Below, one piece after another: positions 10,494 through 31,612 of a stretch of DNA of 38,257 bases; position 1 is the stretch's first letter, and each line of letters opens with the position of its first letter. The notes under the pieces were generated by a model. The model was not told where the DNA came from. It saw only the letters and a program-made list of their open reading frames with translations, and did no database searches. This stretch comes from Vitrella brassicaformis CCMP3155 (Eukaryota; Protista; Chromerida). Location: assembly GCA_001179505.1 (NCBI GenBank), contig CDMY01000634.1, positions 1 to 38,257 of the forward strand, in the 5' to 3' direction. The translations under genes were made by a program, and so were the position numbers.

Positions 10494-10760
10494 TGTCGTA
10501 GAGCCACTCCTCCCTTTGACCCTAACCCTACACCCGAAACCCTGCAAGTGAGTGGAAATGGGTTCGTGGTGGTTTGGTTGCGAACGTCTGCAGAGATGCG
10601 GCGCTTGCGATGTGGTCTGGCATTGCTGCAGAGGTCAGCCTGCTGCCTCGCTGAGAAAGAAGACGAAATTTACGGCGATTGGCAAGCTCGCAGATCTGGG
10701 AAGAGGTTCAAGGCTCTACTAGGCAGTGTCGTCCCTCCCGTGCTTCCACAGCTCGTCAGA
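10494..10760. promoter_or_regulatory. Putative bidirectional promoter, mitochondrial-protein gene / LHC (267 bp)
   Basis: Spacer between divergent ATGs; contains degenerate telomere-like units (10519-10544), TTTACGGCG (10669-10677) and AGCTCGCAG (10685-10693). Confidence 0.6.
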
Positions 10761-11661
10761 ATGAAGTGTGTGGCCGTCGCATCCCTCCTCCTCATTGCCG
10801 TCGCATACGGTGAGGCGAGCCACTCAAGCGAGCGGCTCATGCAGCCGCTGAGAAGCGAGATCTGTGACAATGCGCGGTTGTCATGGCCTTTTGCAGGCGA
10901 GGAGGCAGCGTTCGTTCCATCAGCGCCCCTCCGGTCACTGCCGACTCGCCGCGCCCTTCGGTCGACGACGCCCAAAATGTCGGTTGAGGAGATGATTGGT
11001 GCTGACGTGGAGACCGGTGGCGTGTTCGACCCGCTGAAATTCTCCGAGGACGAGGCATCGCTCTTCAGAAGACGGGCTGTGGAGCTCAAGCACGGTGAGT
11101 CAGTCAGTCAGTTGGCATGACAGCAACTCACCACACACGTGGACAGTCTGTGCAGAGGTCGTCACTGTGTGTGTTTGTGTCTTCAGGTCGCATCGCCATG
11201 CTGGCGTGCCTGGGTTACTTTGTGCAGTCTGCGGGCGTCCATCTGCCCGATCCCGTCTTCTCTGAGCCCCGGCCTCTCTCGGCCTTGACCAAGGTCCTCA
11301 CCGAGCGCCCGTGGGCCGCCGCGCAGATCGTGGCCGCCATCGCCGCCATCGAGCTGGGCCCCGGCCGCCAGGACTATGAGAACAAGGCACCTGGCGACCT
11401 GGGCTACTTCGGCGACTCGTTCAAGAACTCTGACCCGGAGGAGTTCAGGTGAATAAATAACAGGCGAGCGCTGAGTTGCGGCCTTCGTCATTCACTTGTT
11501 GTCTGTGGTTGTTGGTTGTTTGCAGGAAGGATCAGCTTCGGGAGTTGAAGAACGGTCGTCTGGCGATGATAGGCATCATGGGCATGATGGTGCAGGAGGG
11601 GCTGACCGGTCAGAGCGTGTGGGAGCAGATCGGGTCGGGCAACATCAACCCCTTCAGCTGA
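10761..11661 (+). CDS. Light-harvesting complex (chlorophyll-binding LHC/FCP family) protein with bipartite plastid leader
   Basis: Exons 10761-10809, 10897-11094, 11187-11448, 11526-11661. Signal peptide MKCVAVASLLLIAVAYG followed by AAFVP. Contains FDPLKFS, RRRAVELKHGRIAMLA (helix 1), AIELG (helix 2) and LRELKNGRLAMIGIMG (helix 3). Confidence 0.97.
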
Positions 11662-12167
11662 TCAATCAAATGATCTCTGGATGGACGGACCACAGGTTAG
11701 GCGCAACAGACACACGACCCACGAGGCCAGCTTACGACCATGTTGGTCTGTCTGTCTCTCTGTCTGCTCCCTCGTGTGTGATCATTCATCCTGTCAGTAA
11801 CTGGGCCGGCTGTAGGACAAGAAGACCACTCACCAGATGCGTGACAGACACATGGGTGGACCTGACTGACTGACTGACTGACTGGCCGCTTTTTGTGTGT
11901 GATGTGATGTGATGTGTGTTGCGGGCGGGACACACAATGCTGCAATGCGGTGCGTCCCTACCGGGAGCATCGGAATGTGAGTACCACCTGGGGGCACGTG
12001 TCGAGTTCGGATCTCGCTAGTCCTGTCCATGGAGACGCCTGACGGTCAGCAGGGCCCTCTGTGGACCGAAAGACGTCTTCAAGCACCGACGAGCGAAACC
12101 GACCGACACAGGGCACCTGCCGACCTAGTTCTTCGCGAACTTGTGCAGTGGCATGTGTGTATGTGAC

Positions 12168-12608
12168 CCTCTAATTTTTGGACCGTGTCCCTGCGGTCCA
12201 GGAAGTGGTGACACGTCGTCATTTGGATCGATTAATTGCCTCAAAATGTGTCTGACGTACACACGCAGACGCAATCACACGGAGAGATGCTCACACAAAC
12301 ACAAACACTCACACGCACAAAACGCGTCCATTGTCTGTCATCCATTCATTGTCCCTTCAGGCGCACGGGCGCGCACACGTCTGTATGTCTGTCTGTCTGC
12401 ACATGCTACAGCAGCCGGGGAAAGGGGTGTAGAGGGACGGGCAACCAGTTGGTGGAGTCTCCTGAAACAGCTTTCTTCTCTCTGATGGTTGGCGGGCCTG
12501 CTGCACCCTTCCACATGCGGATCAGCAAGTCGAATGACACTCGATGCAGGCACCAAGGCAAGTGCTACATCGGTGCACATCTCGACCTGGTGACCCTCAC
12601 GTGGAAGA
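12168..12608 (-). other. Candidate unannotated or decayed two-exon coding fragment
   Basis: Exon 12410-12608 (or 12410-12564) joins exon 12168-12251 in phase across a GT..AG intron (12252-12409), giving HLPWCLHRVSFDLLIRMW..PLHPFPRLL|HILRQLIDPNDDVSPLPGPQG. I found no start codon and no recognisable family. Confidence 0.3.
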
Positions 12609-13755
12609 CTACAGGCAAGGCAAGGCCAGCCACGTGAGGCAGGCAAGGGGAAAAACTGACACCACCAGCAACCAATCATGATTGGTTGCCAGGCAGCGTC
12701 GATTAAACCTTTCTGTCGGTCGGTCTGTCTGTCTGCCCAAGCTACTCCTACAGTTTCTCCCTCTCTCTAAGGCCTCCCGACCTCCGTGTGTATGATAACG
12801 GCAATATGTGAGAGGGATGGTCTCACGTGCAGCCACGGGTGTGTGTGCAACCGTCTCTCGCGCCCTCACTCTGGCCAAGGCAGACTCACACCACACATAA
12901 CATGCCACGCACATCACACTCAGGCAACATCACCGACCGCCACGCACTCTCCATAAGCGGACGGAGGGAGGGATAGAGAGAACGGATCAAAACAGAACGC
13001 AGAGAGGGGAGGGGAGGGGAGATGCCGGCCAGACCGACCGACCAGCCAGCAGATAGATAGACAGACAGATGAGTGAGTCAGTTGCAGTTATGTACACCAC
13101 ACATGAGAGGGAGGCAGAGAGGATAAGTCAGAGAGTTGGTTAGATAAAGAGGAGAAGGACGGGCAGATAGATAGATCGCTCGCCGGCCAACCTGTCCGCT
13201 CCGTCCTTTCAGGAGGGCAGACAGCCACCATCCACACACACAGACCCGCATACACACACACACGTAGACGGAGAGAGCCATTGTGGGTAGGCAATGCGCG
13301 CATAAGGCAGATAGAGAGCCAAGACGAAAGCACCCCAGGCAACCATCCACCCGGCAAGGCAGCCAAACAACACACACACACACACACACACGACCAAAGA
13401 AGACAAAAGCAAGGGACGCACAGGCAGGTCCATCTCCCCGTCCCCCGCTGTATTGTATGGCAGGTAAGGTATGTGTGTGTGTGGGTATGTGGGGGTGGAT
13501 GTGTGTGTCTTTCAGTTGTTGGTCGAGTCGTCTCCATCGTCACCGAAGAGAATGCCGTTGCCGTTGCTGGCCATCATCAACGAAGGACGAAGTGGATCTG
13601 ACCGAGGGGAGGGACACACAACCAACAGAGAAGGGAAGCCATGTTTTGTCTATGCTCCTGTGTCCTGACTTGACGGCAAGAATGAATGGAAAACATCCAA
13701 TCGCACACCGGCCTCTCTGTCTGTCTGGCTGGCTGGCTGGCTGGCTCACTACGTG

Positions 13756-22792
<9,037 letters not shown>

Positions 22793-23258
22793 GACCGCAC
22801 TGCACCGCACAACCACTAAACACGCCGCAGCGTCCCTCTACTACAGGACGCCAGTGTCAATGCGGGCAGGTAGAGTCCTTTGCCTGCAGCCGCCGGTGTC
22901 TTCGTCCTCGCAAGGCAGATCCGCGCACAACGTGGCTGCTCTTCAGCGACGCTGGCCACGGAACGTTAGTGCTTTCTGCCCTCTGAAAAACCGAAATGCT
23001 TAAGTCGAGCTCGCAGGTTCGTTTTACGGCGTGGCTCTCGGGCAGCGAATGAGACGGTAAGGCAGCTTGTGTGTGCTTGGCGGAGCAAGAAGCAGCAGCT
23101 GGTGCACCTGATCTATCCATCGAGGGGGTCATCTGATCTGCGCATGGCCATCGTGCTGGCGAGGCGGTGATTTTTCATCATCATCGGTGAGTGGCGCCTC
23201 TGTCTGTCGATCTGCCAGCCAAGCCAGCCTTTATTGATTGACAAGAGCAACAAACAGC
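22793..23258. promoter_or_regulatory. Putative bidirectional promoter USP / chlH (466 bp)
   Basis: Spacer between divergent ATGs; contains AGCTCGCAG (23008-23016) and TTTACGGCG (23023-23031). Confidence 0.6.
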
Positions 23259-26200
23259 ATGGCCATCCCCTCTGTCGTCATCGCCTCGGCGCTCCTCCTC
23301 GGAGTAGCAGCGCTGGGAGCCAATCTGCACTCACGACGACCTGAGCTTCCCCCTGTGCACACGGCTGGCTTCGTCCCCGCCTCCCCCCTGTCACTGCACT
23401 CAGCGGCCGGCGGCCGACCTTCGCGGCTACGGTCGCGACACGGCGGCGTGTTGGTGCCACTGGAGATGTCGATGGCTACGCTTGAGAGGAAGACCAAGAA
23501 GCCAAAGATCCAGGTGAGTGAGGGGTGGAGAAAGGGCATCACAGCCATGCCATGGAGGGGTGCAGATGGAGAGAGCTCATGACACACATGCATGTGGTGT
23601 CTGCTTGCGTGTTGATTCATTGATTCATTGGTTGTCAGTTGGGCAACAAGGGCGAGAGCGGCATGTTCACCGACAGCTCCCCCGAGAGCCGCCGCGTGAT
23701 CCCCCCCAGCCAGGACACCCGCGCCAAGTTCAAGGTGGTCTATGTGGTCCTCGAGTCTCAGTATCAGGCCGCCCTCACACAGGCGTGCAACATGATCAAC
23801 CAGCAGCAGGAGGGCGTCTCTGTCGAGTGTGTCGGCTACCTCCTCGAGGAGCTGCGCGACCCTGCCAACGTCGAGAAGTTCCGGCAGGACGTCGCGACGG
23901 CCAATGTATTCCTCGGCTCGCTGATCTTCGTCCAGGAGCTTGCTGAGAAGGTGGTGGAGGTGGTGTCGCCTCTGCGCGAGAACCTGGATGCCGCTGTGGT
24001 GTTCCCCTCGCTGCCTGAGGTGATGCGGCTGCAGAAGCTGGGGAGCTTCTCGATGGCCAGCATGGGGCAGAAGAAGTCGATTATCGGGGACTTCATGAAG
24101 AAGCAGCGGATGCAGCAGGGGGCCAAGTTCGAGGAAGACATGCTCAAACTCGTCCGCACCCTGCCCGAGGTGAGATGACTGACACGACCAGACAAGACAA
24201 GACACAGAGGGGGGCTGATGTGATGCACTCGATGGATGCACTCATGTGTTCGTGTGTGTGTGTGTGTGTGGTCAGATTCTCAAGTACCTTCCGAGCGACA
24301 AGGCCAAGGACGCCCGGTCCTTCATGATGTCCTTCCAGTACTGGCTGGGCGGCTCTCCGGAGAACCTGTCATCGATGTTGCTCATGCTGGCTGACACCTA
24401 CTGCAAGGTGAGAGAGACGAGACAGATGGGGAGGGAGGGAGGGAGGGAGGCACCGAGAGGGGAAGAATTGCCGACGGGCACTGTGCTGTCTGTGCGGCGA
24501 TGTGTGTGTCAGGGCATCAAGGGTGAGAACCTTGTCAACAAGGCCGACATCGTGGCCCCCATCCTGCTGCCCGACAAGGTACACACGTACACACACCGCA
24601 TGACAAAGCCCGCATGAGCCACATTCATTGTGATTGGTATTCCCCTGCCCTCGCCTCCCCCTGTGTGTTGCTCAGGGCATCTGGCACCCAGTGGCTGACC
24701 AGATCTTCGACCGCCCCTCAGCCTACTTCGAGTGGTACGACAAGGTGCACTGCCCGGCGGCCGGCATCGACGTCGAGACGGCCCCCACCATCGGCATCCT
24801 GGTCCAGAAGTCGCACATCAACACGCGCGACGAGTGCCACTACACGGCCCTCATCGCCGACCTCGAGGCCCGCGGTGCGCGTGTGGTGACCATCTACTCG
24901 GGAGGCCTGGATTTTTCCGGTCCATTGGAGGAGTTTTTCTACCTCAATGGCTACCCCTCGGTCGACGCCGTCATCAACCTCACTGGGTACGTCAATCAAT
25001 CAGCCTACCAGACAGACACACATACCAGCCACACTGGTGCCCGTGAATGGATGCCTGTGTGTGTGTGTGTCACATGATGTATGTGTGTGCAGCTTCGCGC
25101 TGGTGGGCGGCCCTGCGAGTCAGAACCATGAGAAGGCCGTCAAGGTGCTCAAGAAGCTGAACCGGCCGTACCTGTGCGCCCTACCGCTGGTCTTCCAAAC
25201 CTTTGAGGAGTGGAAGAAGTCCGAGTTGGGCCTCCACCCAGTGCAGGTCGCCCTGCAGGTGTCCTTGCCCGAGATCGACGGCGCCATTGAGCCCGTCATC
25301 TTCGCGGGCCGGGAGGGGCTCACGGGCAGGAACGTGCCCATGAGTGACCGCATCGACCTCCTGGCCGAGCGGCTGCTCAAGTGGGCCACGCTTAGGAGGA
25401 AGGAGAATAAAGACAAGAAGGTAGGTGAGGGAGGATGGGAGGGAGGGAGAGAGGGAGGGAGGGGTGACAGGTCTGCTCATCCATCCATTTGCATGGCTGC
25501 TGGTGCGTCTCTGTGCTGTGCCTGTGTCAGCTTGCTGTCACGGTGTTCTCGTTTCCCCCCGACAAGGGCAACGTCGGCACGGCTGCCTACCTCGACGTCT
25601 TTGGATCCATCCAGTACGGCACGGCACCACACAACAGACACGCCCCACGCGACACCCTCTCACACATTGATTACGACCCTTGTCAATCAATCTCTCTCCT
25701 GTGCTGTGTTATCGTCCCTCAGAGAGATGCTGGGTAATCTCAAGAAAGACGGGTACGACATGGGCGAGATCCCCGAGAGCCCTGAGGCCCTCATGGATGC
25801 CGTCCTCCACGACAAGGAGGCCAAGTACGACTCGCCATCGCTCAATGTCGCCTACCGCATGCCCGTCGACGAGTACGAGAAGCTCACCCCGTACCACAGA
25901 GACCTCGAGGAGGCCTGGGGCAAGGCACCTGGTCAGCCAGCCATACGGATGGCACAGGGGAAACAGGACATCGAGTGTGACTTTTGGTCTCTGTCTCTGT
26001 GTGTCTGTGTGTGTGCTTGTTGGTTCTTGTGTCTGTCCAACGAACAAACAGGCAATCTGAACTCTGACGGGCAGAACATGTTGGTGTTCGGCAAGCAGTT
26101 CGGTAATGTCTTCATCGGCGTGCAGCCGACCTTCGGCTACGAGGGCGATCCGATGCGTCTGCTCTTCTCCAAGAGCGCCTCGCCCCACCATGGCTTCGCC

Positions 26201-29137
26201 GCCTACTACACCTACCTTGAGAAGATCTTTAAGGCCGATGCCGTCCTCCACTTCGGCACACATGGGTCGCTCGAGTTCATGCCCGGCAAACAGGTAAACT
26301 TGCCGGGCATTCAGCTGTCTGTGCACTCGAGTGATAATGGCGTTTTGTGTCTGTCTGTTGTTCCGTGTTCCGTCAGGTGGGAATGTCCGGGACGTGCTAC
26401 CCCGACCGTCTGATCAACTCCATCCCCAACCTCTACTACTACGCAGCTAACAACCCCTCAGAGGCCACCATCGCCAAACGCCGCTCCTACTCAGCCACCA
26501 TCTCATACCTCACACCACCAGCAGAGAACGCCGGCCTCTACAAGGGCCTCAAGGAGCTCTCCGAGCTGGTCAAGTCCTACCAGGGTCTCAGGGAGAACGA
26601 GTCTCGCGGGCCGTCCATCGTCAACTCCATTGTCGCATCCGCACGGCAGTGCAACCTCGACAAGGACATCAAGGACCTGCCGGCAGATGACTTCGACACA
26701 AAGGAGCTGTCCATCGACGGGCGCGACGCTCTGGTGGGCAAGGTGTACCGGAAGCTGATGGAGATCGAGTCACGGCTGCTGCCCTGCGGACTGCATCGCA
26801 TCGGCGTCCCGCCGACTGCCGCAGAGGCCGTCGCCACTCTGGTGCAGATCGCCACCATCGACCGGCCCGATGACGGCATCAAGTCGCTGCCCCGCATCAT
26901 TGCTGAGAGCGTCGGCCGCGACATCGATGAGATCTATGCCAATGCTGACAAGGGTGTGCTCGATGATGTGGACCTGCTCTACAGGATCACTGAGGCAACC
27001 AGGTGAGAATGAATGAATGCGACACAACACACACTCAATGAGGGGCGAGGTGACTGCACCAATCCACGTCTCTCCCTCTCTGTGTGTGCGCGCGTGCAGG
27101 GCCGCTGTTGGTGCTGGTGTTGCGCAGTCGACCGACTCAGAGGGTCGTGTGAAGGAGGTGAAGCCGGTGTTCGAGCAGGGGATGACCCTTCTGCAGGGCA
27201 TGATGGGCCAGGCGTCTCCATGGAAGAAGGCTCTCGCGGATAGTGGATTCCCCAACGCAAAAGAGGTCAGGAATGGCACAATTCACTCACGGCACGGCAC
27301 GCGTGCATTTGGACGCTACACGCACCCCCTCCCTCTGTGTGTGTGTGGATCCATCCCATCAGGAGTCGCTTTCGCCCCTGTTCGAGTACCTAGAGTTCTG
27401 CCTCAAGCAGGTGGTGGCCGACAACGAGATGGGCGGCCTCCTGCAGGGCCTCAACGGCGAGTACATCCTCCCCGGCCCCGGCGGCGACCCCATCCGCAAC
27501 CCAGGCGTCCTCCCAACCGGCAAAAACATGCACTCCCTCGACCCCCAGGCCATCCCCACCAAGCCGGCTGTCGACGTGGCCTTCAAGGTCGTCGACAGGC
27601 TGCTGGAGCGGACCAAGGCCGACACGGGCGACTACCCCCAGTCTGTGGCCTTCACCTTGTGGGGCACCGACAACATCAAGACGTACGGCGAGTCGCTCGC
27701 CCAGGTGATGGCCCTGGTGGGTGTGCGGCCGGTGCCTGATGCCATCGGACGCGTCAACAAGCTGGAGCTCATCCCTCTCGAGGAGCTCGGCAGGCCACGA
27801 GTCGACGTCGTGGTGAGTGAGTGAGTGAGAGAAGGAAGGAAGTTGGTTGTCTGGACGGACGGAATCAGGCAGCTCAACGTGTCTGGGTCTTGGGTCTTGG
27901 TGTCCGTGTGGTGTCAGGTGACGTGCTCGGGCATCTTCCGTGATCTGTTTATCAACCAGATGGCCCTCCTCGACCGGGCCGTCAAGATGGCCGCCGAGGC
28001 GGACGAGCCCACCGAGATGAACTTCGTCAGAGCACACGCGCTCCAGTCGGCCAAGGAGCTCGGCCTCTCCGTCCGCGACGCCGCGACCCGGGTCTTCTCG
28101 AACGCCGCCGGGTCTTACTCGGCCAATGTTGGTCTGACGATTGAGAACGGCGGCTGGGACAGTGAGCAGCAGCTGCAGGAGCAGTTCCTGTCGCGCAAGA
28201 GCTTTGCGTTCAATGCGGACAAGCCTGGCGAGATGTCGCACCAGACGGACCTCTTCAAGGCCAGCCTCAAGACGGTCGACCTCACCTTCCAGGTGGGTCT
28301 GGTGGGTGGGTGGGTGCGTGGGCAGTGGATGGATGGATGGATGTGGTGTCTTCCTTCCTCCTATCTGTCTGTTTGTGTCAGAACTTGGACAGTTCAGAGA
28401 TCTCCCTCACTGACGTGTCCCACTACTACGACTCCGACCCTACTAAGGTGGTGCAGGGCCTCCGGGACGACGGACGCAAACCGACCTCATTCGTCGCTGA
28501 CACCACCACAGCCACCGCACAGGTATATACGCACACACGCACCCCCACACACACACGCGCAACATGCAACATGCTGCCTGCGACCATCGATGGTGTCTGT
28601 CGGCGGGGTGGTTGGTCGTGTGTGTCAGGTGAGGACGTTGTCCGAGACGGTTCGTCTGGACGCGCGCACGAAGCTGCTGAACCCCAAGTTCTACGAGGGC
28701 ATGATGAAGACAGGCTACGAGGGCGTGCGGGAGATCACCAAGAGGCTCAGGAACACTATGGGCTGGTCAGCCACCTCGGGAGAGGTACGTCAGACCGACA
28801 TTGCCAAACCACACCATGCCACACCACACCACACACAGAGAGAGAGACGGAAGCCGGCATTGATCATCCGTGTTGCTGTTGGTGTGTGTGGTTGGGTTAT
28901 CATCATGTATGTCAGGTTGACAACTTTGTGTACGAGGACGCCAACGATGTGTTCATCAAGGACGAGGCGATGCGGCAGCGGCTGCTGGAGACCAACCCCA
29001 ACTCATTCAGGGACATGGTCACCACCTTCCTGGAGGCCAACGGACGGGGCTACTGGGACACTTCAGAGGAAAACATCAAACTGCTGCAGGAGCTCTACCA
29101 GGACGTCGAGGACAAGATCGAGGGCGTCAAGCCATGA
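23259..29137 (+). CDS. chlH: Magnesium chelatase subunit H, plastid-targeted, 16 exons
   Basis: Signal peptide [20 protein letters not shown] plus AGFVP transit region. Contains [184 protein letters not shown] and [11 protein letters not shown]. All introns are GT-AG and in phase. Confidence 0.98.
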
Positions 29138-31612
29138 TCTGCTCGCTCTGTCTCTTGTCTTGGTGTCGTGTGTGGTGAGGTGTTTTCCTTCCTTCGTGAG
29201 AGATATGATATGGACGTGTGCCGTTTTCCCTTCCCGTGGGCTGAGCAAGTTTTCCGCAGCTGCTGCCTGGCCTGATGTGATGGGGTGTGCATGTGGGCTG
29301 GCTGGTAGGTATTTTTGTCGCCGATGGGTCGGTCGATATGATGGGGGGTGGCGTACGTGACGTGGATGTCCTGCTGAAGGACACACGTGTGCTGAGATGA
29401 GGTGAGATGAGATGAGATGAGGTGAGAGGCCCTGTGCGTCCTGTGCATAAGTAGGTGCGAGCGAGCGAGCGAGGCGAGAAAAGGAGAGACGACCGGTTAG
29501 GTAGATGGTTGTGTTGTGGGCGAATTGCCGCGAGCCCAGCCCACTGACTGCCCACCCCACCCGCCCATACGATGAGCCAGCGTGCGTCGGGCGAGGAGGG
29601 AGGGTGTTTTTCCGTCGCGTGCGTGCGTGCGTGAGTTATGACATACGTGTGAGACAGACGAGAGCAGTGACTTGCCTTGCCTGGCTGAGGGGGAGAGGGG
29701 GAGTGAAGTGACGACTGGCCTATTGCTTGCTGCTGATTGGATTGGATTGGATTGGATGTGGGGAGTGTGGGGTGTTGACTGACCATGGTGCATTGATTGG
29801 TGCATTCTTGCATGCCATGGGAGGCGAGAGAGATGCGTTCGCATTCATTCATGCCTTCATGTCTTCATGTCGTCAGTCATCCGTTTTGGATCAGGTCGGA
29901 CCTGCCTACCTACTACTGCGATGTCTCGCATGCCTTGCGCGATGATGATTTTTGGGGCCGGGGTGTGGTGTGAGGTGTCAGATGGATCGATGGGATGGGT
30001 GGGGCCATGTCCACCAGTGCATACCTAGTCCGAGAAAGACAAAGGTGTACAGTCGTGTGTCAGTGAGTGAGTGAGAGAGGAGAGGAGAGGAGAGGGGCTG
30101 AAGGTCTCGTTCGTCCTGTCCAATGAACAGAGAGGCAGACAGACAGACAGACATGCACGCACAGCACAAATGGGGGATGTGGCACATCGATCGCATCAGT
30201 GGTGGTAATTGATTGATATATCTCGATCGAGTCGTTCTAATGCTCGTGTGTCCGTCCGTCCGTTTTTCTGTAGAACCAGTGCACTACATACACACAGTCT
30301 GTCCTGTCCTCTTCACCCTCCTCCCTCCCCTGGCCCGTTTTCCGCGTGTGTGTGTGGATGAGTGCCATGCCCTGCCCAACGCCCTTTTGCCTGCTTCCAT
30401 CCAGCCGTGCACTGCACCCAGGCTCACACACCAGCCAGCCAGACAGCCGTCAGTCAACGTTCCTTCCTCCCTCTTGCTTACAAACAAGGCAGCAAGGGCC
30501 TTCGTGGCTCTTCCTACTGTCCGTCACTATCTCTGCGAATGCGGTCAGGATGTGGGGTAGTGTTTTTTCTCCTCTTGTGGCATACACGGCCGCAAGCAAG
30601 ACCAGAACACCACCCTTGTTGCCCGCTCGCCCACTGGTACAGCACTTCCTTTTCTCCCGATCCACGTGTGTGTGTGTGTGTGGATAGTGTCTGTGAATCC
30701 TTCGGGACGTTCATTGAGAGAGCGAGAGGGGCGGTCACACACACACACACACGAGTCGATATACACTCACCCACCCACCCACCCATTCACCCGTCGATGA
30801 GTTTTTCCCAGCCATGCAGCCCAGCGAGGGAGGGAGGAAGGGAATGGGCGAGCGGACGTAGGGCGATTGATTATGCATAGTAGCGCTGATGGATGGATGG
30901 AGAGAGCGATTGACGGAGGTGTGGCCGTGTGTACAGGATGTGATGTGCATGCGATGCATACCTGGCGAGTTGGGCAAGAGAGAGAGCGAGAGAGAATCGG
31001 TGTGCAGACAGACAGGGAGGGCTGCACGCCTCAACCGGCCAGTGGAGACGGAAGAGCGAATGGGTTCCAAACACTCGTTTGCTCTAGCGTTTCCTCCTGG
31101 CTGGGCTGAAGCAGACAGTCCGTCCCTTTGAGGAAGTGTGGCTACACGATGGACGCCGAAGGGCCAGAGAGATGACAAGACAGACAGCAAGCGGGTGCTC
31201 TGGTGTGATGTGCATGGTGTCTGTGCGACCTGTGCCCGAATGCATGCATCGATGGCGGCGAGCCAAGGTGACGGAAACGGTGCGGTGGGAGGAGGAAGAG
31301 AAGGGGGCGGATGGTGGGGTGGATGAGAATGGATGGATGGAACAAACCAGGCCTCCCTCCGCAAGTGCTCGTGCGATGTATGTATGGTATGATGGATGCA
31401 TTTGATGGTCGACTCACCCGATCGAATCGATTGTCTGACGTACGTGTGCAACATGCAGGTAGGTACACACAACGATCGAGTAGTGCACACACGCCGACTT
31501 GACTTGCAGACAGACATGCAAATGCGTCAGGAGCAGTCAACGGAACTACCATATGACTGACCCACACACGTCTGAAGAAAGCAAATTAGATTGCTCATGG
31601 TCGGTCGGTCCG

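Noticed and set aside
23231-28241. Long minus-strand ORFs (23231-24241, 27390-28241 and others)
   Set aside because: Antisense shadows of chlH exons caused by strong GC3 bias.
29140-31600. Protein-like short frames in the chlH-LRRC51 gap (e.g. 30450-30665)
   Set aside because: No phase-consistent splice chain or recognisable motif; mostly microsatellite DNA and UTR.
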